NCBI GenBank assembly: GCA_036785375.1
Contig: JAWMAR010000463.1
Location: 992,001 to 1,056,000, forward strand
DNA from: Leucoraja ocellata
Lineage: Eukaryota
Length of the DNA stretch: 64,000 nt
Direction of reading: 5' to 3'
Below, piece after piece: positions 52,701 to 62,910 of the stretch. The first letter of the stretch is position 1, and every line of letters begins with the position of its first letter. Made by a program: the position numbers and the translations under genes. The notes beneath the pieces were generated by a model, which was not told where the DNA came from, made no database searches, and saw only the letters and a list, made by a program, of their open reading frames with translations.

Positions 52701-54055
52701 AAAATATTGCCATGGTTAATGTTACACATATTTTGAAATTGTTGCTGGCAGCCCCAGTTTCTTTAATATAGATGAAAAAGAACAATGGCAGTGCCAATGG
52801 TTTATATTTTAAATAACAGAAATACGTGAGTTAGTTACATGGGACAATACTGCATGGCTCGTGTGCATATTGCTCTATCTGTGCACCAATGCGTTCCACT
52901 GACAGGATACAGGATTCAGTAAAAGGGGTTTTCATGCCAGGCATCATAACATGCCTGGTTGAGGTATTATGACCAACTCTATGCCAACGTTTATTTTTTA
53001 TTCTCCTTCCTTACTTTGATGCTAATTGCAGCTGCATTTGGTAAAACCTGGTGCTGCCCAGATCTTCTTTGACACATATTAATATCGTCAACATAATTGA
53101 GCCAGGTAAAAGTTCCAAATATGTGGAGGAGCCAGCACATAGAAAGGAGGAGGATAGTATAAGCAACAAAAATACGGAGAAGCTGACAGAGGGAGCAGAG
53201 CAGCAGCAGGTGGAATTTAATAGGGAGAAACATGATGTTTGGTGGAAGGAAGGAGAGATGATATAGACCAAAGGCATGTCTGAGCAGTGGGACCTGGGTA
53301 CATGTGCATGTAAAATGGACACACAAGAGGCTACAGATTCACTCTTTTGAAAGAGTCTCAAGGCCCTAGAGAAGGTATAGAAATGATTTACTACAATATT
53401 TTAAGGATGAATGAATTCAGCTGTAAGATTTGAATAAAAAGGTGTAGGTTATTCAGCTTGGATTAAATAAGCTGAGAGTTGATTTGTTGGAGGTGTACAA
53501 GGTATAACGGGGTTAGATGGGGCAGGTAGAGGGAAGCTGCTCTCATGAAATGATTAGGAGCATATATTTGATTTTCTGAGTAGAAAGTCTTTCCATTTGG
53601 AGTGGTAATGGTGCTCGCAGGGTGAGCCAGCATTTAATTGCCCATTCCCAGTTGCCCTTGAGAAAGTGGAGTAGGTGGCGGAAGGATTTCCAAAGGGAAT
53701 GAGGGGAGGCACAAGAGAGAATAATTAGTTGGATAATAGAGGAAGTGGACTAATGGGTGGATATATGGAACGAGCTGCTGGAGGAGGTAGTTAGGGTAGG
53801 TATTATCATAATGGTTAAGAGACATTTGGACAGGTACATGGATAGGATAGGTTTAGAGGGTTATGAGCCAAGCACGGGCAGGTAAGACTGGTGTAGATGG
53901 GGCATGTTGGTCAATGTGGGCAAGTTGGGCCAAGGGCTTGCTTCCATGCTGTATGACTCTGATGGGAGCAGGCATGGTTTTGACGGGCCAAATGACCTGT
54001 TGCTGTTCCGTAGCTGGTTGATGATGACTAATGAGTGATTTCCCTTGTGTTGCAG

Positions 54056-54131
54056 CATCAGTTCACCTGGATGCCGTACTGCAGCATATTCCTCATCTTT
54101 GCCTATATTTTCAGTTATGGCATTGGCCCTG
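54056..54131 (+). CDS. SLC2A11: SLC2A11-like exon 10 (TM10)
   Basis: ttgcag|...CTG|gtgagt. Encodes HQFTWMPYCSIFLIFAYIFSYGIGP. Confidence 0.94.
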
Positions 54132-54257
54132 GTGAGTTCAGGCAAAGGACAGGGGCAAGGAGCGGGGATTGAAGGGAGGGTGTGGAAGGTGGAATGGCCA
54201 GCATTGCCGAGTCACCTGGACAGTCCGTACTGATGCTGCGATTCTTTGCTTTTCCAG

Positions 54258-54385
54258 CGGGTGTGACAGCAATCATTCCCTTCGAAATCTTTACTCAGCC
54301 GTACCGGCCAGTGGCCTTCATGATCAATGGCTCTTTCCAGTGGCTGGGCCTCGTCGTCATGGGAATGAGCTTCCCATTTATTGTG
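54258..54385 (+). CDS. SLC2A11: SLC2A11-like exon 11 (TM10-11)
   Basis: tttccag|...GTG|gtaagt. Encodes AGVTAIIPFEIFTQPYRPVAFMINGSFQWLGLVVMGMSFPFIV. Confidence 0.95.
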
Positions 54386-55555
54386 GTAAGTATGGACACA
54401 GATAAATCCTGGAAAAGGAAATCTCTTCACTCTGGTAAGGACACAATGTTCTGAATCAAGTAGCACATTTGGAGATCATGGATAGGTTACATTTCGGATC
54501 GAGACTATAGTTCCAGTGGTAACTAAGGTTATCGAGACACAATCCTTCAAGCCTGTTTTATCATTCAATTACTTAGTTCCTTCCACCTGCTTTGGTTCCA
54601 CCTCAGAGATGGAGTCATCCCTGACCCCGAGAGGTTGCTTGGGAGAACAATGCAATTCCCTCTGCCTTCAAAGTCCATCCTCTGTAAGGCAATGAATGAA
54701 TTTTGCCGGTAATTTGCAATACATAGACACTATTATGCAAGCCGCCCGGATTGCATCACTTGGCATTAAGTCTCCTCCGTTACCCCCAGCTGCTCTTCCC
54801 GTTACTTCGTCAACAAATGATTACTGTTGAACAAGCACAACCTTCCTTTTAGAAATGTGCATCCCTTTTCAGTTTCTAACTTTTCATATCATTTTTGAGT
54901 TAAAGATTTCATTATACCTCCTGTCATTGTTAAGCTAATTGAATGATGTGACCTCTTAATTAGAGGAGCCACTCTAAATGCCTGCCAGTCTTCAGATACT
55001 ATTCCTCTCTTCTTATGTAAGGGACCATTGATAATGCCCCTGCTATGTTTTCAATTACTTATTTTAATGACAATGCTTTCTTTGACACCATGTTCTTGCA
55101 CTGACTCCATATCCCTCAATTCATTCACTTTTTTATAAATCTAATCATTTGAACAAACTCATTGATTGAGTCTCCGCTGTTCTTTTGGGTAGAGAATTCC
55201 AAAGAAGTCCTGCATGGCCAGCCCCCTTACGATCATCTCCCCCTGATTTCCATCCCTGAGCCAGGGCATTCATACCCTGCGTCTGTTTAGTCAAATTCCA
55301 TAACAACTTCGCATGTATTTGTATGTTGTCCAATACTTATCCTTTAGCCAGAAGACGTATTCCATTTATTCTGTCCAACTTTGTTGAATCTTGGATGTAT
55401 GCAAAATCTTTATCCCTATGGGCTGGTTTTCAGTAACTGATGACCTTAGTATAATAGTGAAGAGCAATCAGAGGGGCAAATTTGTTGCATGTTTGTTTGA
55501 GTGATGCTCCATAGACGACGGCCTTTCCTCAGCCTGTGCTCTCTTGCTTTTCCAG

Positions 55556-55780
55556 GAGGGATTGGGCCCGTTCTGCTTCCTGATATTCCTGGGCGACTGT
55601 TTGATCATTGCCGTGTTTGTCTTCATTATTTTGCCGGAAACTAAAGGGAAAACCGTTCTGCAAATCACGGAAGAATTTCGGAAAATAAACCGGAAGAGGA
55701 TGGGAGGTAGCTCGGTAGCAATTCGCAGGAGGGTCTCGCAGATCGTTCCAGAGGTCTTTGTTATTGCTACCAAATTGTAA
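55556..55780 (+). CDS. SLC2A11: SLC2A11-like exon 12 (TM12, PETKG motif, stop)
   Basis: tttccag acceptor. Encodes EGLGPFCFLIFLGDCLIIAVFVFIILPETKGKT...VIATKL-stop. The 12 exons total 1509 nt (502 aa). Which paralog (SLC2A11 or an 11-like copy) is not resolved. Confidence 0.95.
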   Translation, partial: EGLGPFCFLIFLGDCLIIAVFVFIILPETKGKTVLQITEEFRKINRKRMGGSSVAIRRRVSQIVPEVFVIATKL

Positions 55781-56224
55781 GAGGTTGGCATCAAAAGCTG
55801 CGATTTATTAGCCGCTGGAAGCGGGAGGGTGAGATGCAGCTCTGACCTCCGAACTCTATGTTGGCTGCATTTCCAGCCAATCAGCGGACAGTTGTCATTG
55901 TGGAAATGTTTTCTACAACTGGAATCGCAAAAGGGCCAGGCACAAAGGGTCTGGATGTTGGATTTGTTATATATTTGAACAGATTGGGCCAAAAATACAA
56001 GGTTCTAAGTAGCTTGACTGCATATACCTTTTGCTGTTAGCTGGGTTGATTCACATGTGTTCTCAGTTGAATTGTTGATGTGGCTTGTCAACTTGAAACG
56101 CAAAAAGCCTACATCAACGTGGCATAAAACCAAAGTGCCTTTTGCAGTCTCAGAGTGAGCAGAAGCATTTTATACCCTGGCCAGTTGTTGTTGTTCACGA
56201 ATAAGACATTTGTCTATAATATTG

Positions 56225-56583
56225 CAATGTGTATGGAAATGGTGGATTAGACCAATCTGGGTTCAAATGGTGCTTCCACACAGGGACAGATGTGGAGAGA
56301 TGCTGTTGCATATGGTTTTTGATTTTCAAGACTCTCTTTCCTGCTTTGTTTCCTCCATTCTAGCTTCCTCTAGCGCTGCTTTTTAAGCACTTATGGCAAA
56401 CAGGGCAATCTGAACAAATGCTTGTTGTTCCCAATGAAGTGTCCCAATCTCTTCAGGGATGTTCTAAGAATGTATTTGAATCTCTTTTTCTGTCCACCAC
56501 ATGATCAGTTGCTCTCACTTAGTTCTCCATAAAGTAGCATCTTTGGTATTTGTTAGTAGACGTTCTTCCGACATGCCCTGGCA
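56225..56583 (-). mobile_element. RTE (BovB-like) LINE 3' fragment in the predicted SLC2A11 3' UTR
   Basis: Reverse translation with frameshifts gives GHV..IPKMLLYGELS..GGQKKRFKYILRTSLK and a terminal C-x2-C...IGL..H motif. Confidence 0.7.
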
Positions 56584-57693
56584 AGTAACTAAGGAGACAC
56601 AAGGAACTGCAGGTGCTGGAATCTTGAGTAAAACACAAAGTGCAGGAGTAACTCAGTGGGTCTAGCAGCATCTAGTAGGAAGGGTCCCGACCCAAAGTGG
56701 CACCTATCCATTCCTTTCACAGATGCAGCCGGACCTGCTGAGTGAGAACATAGAAACGTTCAACACAGTAATAGATTTATCGGCCCACAATGTCTGCACC
56801 AAACATAATGCCGAGCAAAACTAATCTTATCTGCCTGCACATGATTCCTACCAATCATACTGCAGCAACAACCTGTGTTCATGTCACTCCACCTCGGGCA
56901 TAATAGTGAGAAGATAAATGATACATAGAGAAATTACGATAAATTATAGGTAGACAAAAACCTTTCTCAGAAAATATACATTATTCATAATATATAAATA
57001 GAATTGGGACATGTCTTTTTTCATGTCCCTTCTATCATTCATTCAATGTAATCTCTTATAAAGCATCTATGCCACTTAGATTTCCAGGTTGAGAAAGATT
57101 ATTCAGCATACTTCTGTTTCTGTTCCTCTTGGTCTCTCTCTTCACCAACAGCAGTTGTGGTTGTTGCAGCACGTGCAGGTTCATGTGACACATCGACAAC
57201 TCAACGTAACTCGTTTATGAACCTAAGATGTTGAGTTTACATTGGCACTACTCAGGGAGGCCCTTCCAAAGAATTCAGTACTTATGTTAGTGTATGAGCA
57301 CTCTGATGATGTTTCTTGTTGAGCTCCAGGCTCAACAGGTTAATTTTGACAGAAACCTAAGCCATTTATTTGTCATGGGAGTGCGCTCCCAATCCTGTCT
57401 GACATTTTCAAGTCTATTTATTTGATTAAATAAAAGATTGATGCAGTTGGTATTGGGGAGCCAGTCATCTCTCTTGAGATCTTCTCCGCCTCAAAGCAAC
57501 TCGAATGGGGTATTGAGTGGAGGTGGGCTTTCTACTTTCCCATCAATGCTAGGCTGCATCACAGTGCTGTATCACCGGGCTCCTGGTGCATTCTGATCTA
57601 TGTTCCATATTTATTGTTTACTGTTTATTAGTTAATATTGTACAACATTATGTCAAACTATGACTTTAATCTATTGTGAAAAGAATAACTGTT

Positions 57694-57699
57694 AATAAA
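57694..57699 (+). terminator. Candidate polyadenylation signal for SLC2A11-like gene
   Basis: AATAAA in an AT-rich tract followed by GT/T-rich sequence. Another AATAAA lies at 57429-57434. Confidence 0.4.
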
Positions 57700-58204
57700 T
57701 TTACATTTTTAACCAACACAAGTTATGTGAGTTCCTTTTCTTCATTTATAACTGCCTTTTAATAGTTGCCTATATTCATGGTATGACTGCAAAATTTTCC
57801 CTAGTGCATCCTGGTTTAGTTACCAACCTCCAATGTGATCCCATAACATGTCACCTCTTCCAATCTCCACCCCTTTCTGCTTTCCTGGAGACTGTTCCGT
57901 CTGCAACTCATTGGTTCATTAATTCCTTCCCACCTAAACCATGCCATCCCCAGGTAGTTTCCCCTGTAATTGCCGGAGATGTGTGTAGGAAACAACTGCA
58001 GATGCTGGTTTAAATCAAAGGTGGACACAAAATGCTGAAGTAACTCAGCGGGACAGGCAGCATCTCTGGAGAGAAGGAATGGGTGACGTTTTGGGTCGCG
58101 ACCCTTCTTCAGACTTAACACCTATCCTTATACCTCCCCTGACGCATCCATCCTGGGACCTCAGTAGAGGCAGATGTTCACAAGCACCTCCTCTATCCCA
58201 TCTC

Positions 58205-58720
58205 CCATTCCACTATTCCCGATGTGGCATCCTGCACATCGGAGCGACCGTTTCACCAAACACTTGCGTTTTGCAAGTTCACCAAACACTTGCTAAGGCC
58301 TACTAGATCTCCCAGTTGTTAACTCCCCTTCACATTCCCATACTGACTTTTCTGTCCTGGGCTGCCTCCATTGCCAGAGTGAGGCCACATGCAAACTGGA
58401 GGAACAGCACCTCACATTCTGCTTGGGCAGCTTACAACCCAATAGTATTAACATTGAATTCTCCAATTTTTGGTAACTAACCAAACTCCCCCCTCCCCCT
58501 TTCTTCTCCTATCCCCTCTCCCCTGTGCCCCACTTGGACTCGAACCTAATTCTTCCCTCTCCCTTCCACCTATATTTCTTCCTTTAACCTCACAATTCGC
58601 AACCCTTCAATAATTCTGTCTCGCATTGCCTGTCTTTTTCCACTCTGGCCCGTGTCCAACCATCTAGCTGTCAAAATCTGCATCTACCTATTACTTCCCA
58701 GGCTTTGTCCTGCCTCTTCT
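58205..58720 (+). mobile_element. Penelope-like element GIY-YIG 3' fragment
   Basis: SRCGILHIG... and EATCKLEEQHLTFCLGSLQPNSINIEFSNF-stop, then a pyrimidine-rich tract. Reverse copies lie near 8690-8840, 14600-14785, 37850-38010 and 61710-61860. Confidence 0.75.
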
Positions 58721-59190
58721 AGCCACCAACAATGCCACAAAACACACAATGTCACCAGATGTCAAGAGAAATTAGTTAAAAGATGAAGCGGACATAAATA
58801 CCAAAATCACAAGTAGAAAGGACATAAAACCACCAGCCAGATACAGTGATCCAGATAACATGAAAAAACAGTAAACAAACTGAATACACAGAATTGAACG
58901 AACAGAACTGTTATGTCCAACAGATTATTTAAATGTAAACATTTTTTTATGAAGGGGGTGTGTGTTACAATTGAAACTGTCTGAAGAAAACATCCCAGAT
59001 AAGAGATAAGATACATTTAATCCCGACCCGAAACGTCACCTAGCCATGTTCCCTTGAGATGCAGCCTGACCCAAAGATCCTAGAGGATCTCTAGGATCTT
59101 TGGCCTGACCCGTTGTTACCAAAAGTCCCGCTATGGGATCTTTGGTTGTTTCTGCAGCACTTAGTGTATTGTTGATAAACCAGCATCTGC

Positions 59191-59410
59191 ACTTGGTCCT
59201 CCAGACACTGCGCCCTCTGACGGTGGTGGTGGGGGGGGGAGACTTGGTCCTCCAGACACCGCGCCATCTAACGGTGGGGGGGAGACTTGGTCCTCCAGAC
59301 ACCGCGCCATCTAACGGTTGGGGGGAGACTTGGTCCTCCAGGCACCACTCCCTCTGACGGTGGGAGGAGACGTGGTCCTCCAGGCACCGCGCCCTCTAAC
59401 GGTGGGAGGA
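59191..59410. repeat. Five-unit 42-50 bp minisatellite at the MIF promoter
   Basis: Units of GACTTGGTCCTCCAGACACCGCGCCMTCTAACGGTGGG..GGA start at 59191, 59241, 59284, 59327 and 59369. Confidence 0.95.
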
Positions 59411-59460
59411 GCGCTGAGCCACGTGCTGCCGCAGTCTCATCGAGTGGAGCTGCAGCGGAG

Positions 59461-59568
59461 ATGCCGACTTTTGTCCTCAACACGAATCTGAGTCGCTCCA
59501 ACATCCCGGACGTGCTGGGAGAGGAGCTCACCAGTCTACTGTCCAAAGAGCTGGGCAAACCGCAAGAG
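59461..59568 (+). CDS. MIF: Macrophage migration inhibitory factor exon 1; later exons not found in window
   Basis: Encodes MPTFVLNTNLSRSNIPDVLGEELTSLLSKELGKPQE|gtaagc, 108 nt. Catalytic Pro1, Arg11 and Lys32 are kept. Closer to recalled MIF (MPMFIVNTNVPR) than DDT (MPFLELDTNLP), and lies downstream of SLC2A11 as in human. Confidence 0.9.
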
Positions 59569-62399
59569 GTAAGCAGGTAGAGGCCGGTGTTGCAGTTACT
59601 CTCCCTCCTCGGCCGCCTTCAGTTCAGCGCAGTGACTGAATCCGTGGGTTGGGCGGGCGGGCTGGCTAACGGGAGTGAGCGTGGTATGGGGATTGGAGGG
59701 AAATGGGTGGGGTGGAGGGAGAGAGAAGGAGGGGGGCTGGGTAAGGGATGGGGGTGGGGGGGGGGGGGGGGGGAAAGGGGGACGTAGGATTGAGCGAAGA
59801 AGGGGGAAAGTAGGATGGAGGACCTGGGTTGAGAGTAGGAAGGGAAGTTTGATAGAACAAAGGGTGGTGGAAGGTGGTCAGCAGAGGGGGAATAGGGAGA
59901 GGGAGGTGGAGGGTGATGGAATTTAGCGAGGGGAGAGGAAGTGTAGGGGAGTGTATAGTGTGTAAGGTTAGGGTATGGCGGGTGAGATGGTGCAGGGTGA
60001 AGGAGACCATGGTTTGAAAGTTGGAGTGAGTTGGGTGGACAAAAGCACTGTAAGGCGTTTGGTTGATTGTGGGCGGGTGAGAAATGTAATGACTGAATGT
60101 GTGAGGGTTGTTGCAGGAATGAGGGGTGAAGGAGGGTGATAAAGTTTCACGCACACTTTTGCCAGCATGTTTGTGTTTCCCGATGTCCTTGAGAATAATA
60201 ATAATAAATGTTATTTGTTGGGCGCCTTTCAGAAATCTCAAGGACACCTTACATAGATTAACAGGAATATAAACATATAATCAGAGTAAAATAAATAATA
60301 AAGACATCACAGAGACACAAACTAAAAACAGAATTCAGTCAGCCCCTCCCTCCACCAGGTGTTTAAACTGGTTAGCTATTTCCCAAATTTCTAGGAAGAA
60401 TACTTTTGGGCTTTGTAATTTTTTTTTTAACTGCAGATGTCGGAAATCTAAAAAAAAAAGAAAACGCTGGAATTACTTAGCAGCAAGGCCCTGTCTATGG
60501 GAGCAGAAACAGAGCGCATGTTTCACGTTGAAACCCTTTGTCAGAACTGAAAAGGAGACAAAAGAAGCTTCTAAAAACTGTATGGAATATAGGGGAGGGG
60601 AGATGTCTCGGATAGAGTAAAAACTGGCAATGGGCTTTAGTCCGAGGGTGGTGAATCTGGAATTCTTTGCCACAGATGGCTGTGGAGGCCAAGTCAGTGA
60701 CAGAAATAAATAGATTCTTGATTAGTACAGGTGTCGGAGGTTATGGGAAGAAGGCAGGAGAATGGGGTTAGGAGGGAAAGATAGATTAGCCATGATTGAA
60801 TGGCGGAGTAAACTTGATGGGCCAAATAGCCTAATTCTAGTCATTATTCATATGACCTTATAAACCAGGTTATCAGGTCAATGAATGATTGAGAACAGTT
60901 GGAGGGTTGAGTCGTTGAGTTTATTTTTGTACGCGCAAGGACAGTGAAGTCCGGGTACAAAGAAAATCTTGGTCGCAGTGGCACTTAGTTTAGTTTATTG
61001 TCACGTCTACCGATGTACATTATAAGCATTTTGTTGCATGCTATCCAGTCAGTGAAAAAACTATACATGATTACAATCAAGCTGTCCACATCGTACGGAT
61101 ATGTGATAAAGGGAATAATGCAAAGTGCAAGTATGTAAGACAATGAAAGAGAAAAAGTGCATTAATAAGAAATTAGCATAGAACACTCTTAGAAAAAACA
61201 AGCAAGACTTGGTCTGCGGTGTTCCATTAGCGAGGTAGGATTAAGGATGTGCAGCCTGAAGAAGGATCTCGACCCGAAACGTCACCCATTCCTTCTCTAC
61301 AGAGATGCTGCCTGTCCTACTGAGTTACTCCAGCATTTTCTGTCAACCTTAAGGTTGTGCAGGTTGGTCCAAGAACCTGATAGTTGTAGGAATGTAGCCA
61401 TTCTCAAACCTGGTGGTATGGGACTTAAAGCTTCTGTATATTCTGTACCATCTGGACGGTGGTAGCAGTGAGAAGAGGAATTGGACAACCAATCTACAGC
61501 CTTTTGTGTTCCTGTGCGTTGGAGTTGCTGCACCAGGCCAGTCAGGATACTCGGTTGTTAGAAAGTAGATAATAGAATATAGGCTTTGTGAAATGCAGAA
61601 CAAAAGACTTGGCCAGCAGGACATCTTGGGCATTCCACTCCCAGAGTGATAAACAAAATGAGCTGAGCTAATCTGGCAGATGGACAGCTGATACAGACTA
61701 AGACATTGTTACTTTAAGTTGCAGAGCTCATTACTGATTCCATGAGTCTGCAAGCTGCCCAGATGGAAGACAGGGTGCCATTTCTTAAGCTTGTATGGGG
61801 TCTCACTGTGAGTGTACAAGAGGCCACAGATCTCTGATCAGAGTTGGATGGGGAGTTAAAATGTCAATGGTTCCCAATGTGTAGTGCTGTGTATTGTAAG
61901 AAATAGTTTCCCTGTAAGATGCAAGTAATTATAATAGTTCCACTGAAATGCCTGAGGATCTAGGGATGTCCCTAGTGCGCTCTGTGGATGTTGCAGGCCA
62001 TGCAGCAGGTGTGGATGTTAACTGATGGACACAGGTTAATTCTGCTGAGAGTATCGATAATGTCACTGGGTATGTTGGTTTCTCCTGTCTGACGCGATAG
62101 CCCATGAACATCTTGCAGCAGACTCCGCCGGCATCTCTCCTGCCCTTGTCCTGGACTCTCTCTCTGAGGGGAGCTACGTGAGCGGGGAACAAATTCCACC
62201 ACTGGTACAGATGTACACAGTGTTCATTGTGAGAAGGCAGATCTGAGAGATGCTGGTTTTAAAGGGACCCACCCGCAAAGGCCCATGTTACTATCGTCCC
62301 ATTTTACACCAGGGCTTTTTGCCTGGTGTTGGTTGATGTTCCCCTGGTGCAGGCTCTGACTTGCTTGGCTTGGAATATCACAGATCAACTGAATAAACC

Positions 62400-62910
62400 C
62401 CAATGGACAAACCCAGGGAAAATCTGTGCTCCTCGTTGTGCCCCTTCCCGCCATGAGCAAAATCTATCCCAGATACATTGGGATAGAAGCTGCCTGATAC
62501 ATCAAAGACTGCCTAGCTTCATCTACACACTCCTCCTTCCACCACCTCCCATTTCAACAAGTGCACCATATGTTCTCCTTGCTCACTTGTACCATTTTGG
62601 AAGAGATACAGGAGTTTGCAAACTCAGATGTCCAAATTTAAGAACAGTTTCTTCCCCCGCGGCTGTTGACCTCCTGAACCAAACATGCCCTTCCTGCAGA
62701 TGCAGCCACGTACTCGTACCTCTACCTCATTCGGTTATTCTGTCATTGTACTTGAATATTTTTGGCACTACAATCTTGCGGCATCTTGCTGTTTTGTACT
62801 CGTATTTCTTATTTTTATCATTACTGCGTGTATGCTGTTTACTCTGTGAGATTCATTGTGAACAAGGAATTTCCTTGCACCCTGATGCATTTGCCAATAA
62901 ATTCCTCTGA
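62400..62910 (+). mobile_element. Rex/Babar-like LINE 3' fragment in MIF intron 1
   Basis: GGAAGAGATACAGGAGTTTG...TTTAAGAACAGTTTCTTCCCC reads as (G)RRYRSL...FKNSFFP with a frameshift; tail AATAAATTCCTCTGAATCTGAA. Confidence 0.65.

Noticed and set aside
59191-59410. CRISPR-like array
   Set aside because: Eukaryotic DNA; the units are head-to-tail with no unique spacers.
59287-59460. In-frame upstream extension of the MIF ORF
   Set aside because: Starts at TTG inside the minisatellite. MIF needs Pro directly after the initiator Met, so ATG 59461 is the start.
59666-60247. 193-aa Pro/His/Thr-rich minus ORF
   Set aside because: Complement of a G-rich low-complexity intron tract.
62326-62910. 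194-aa plus ORF in MIF intron as candidate exon 2
   Set aside because: No MIF similarity. It overlaps a Rex/Babar LINE 3' fragment.
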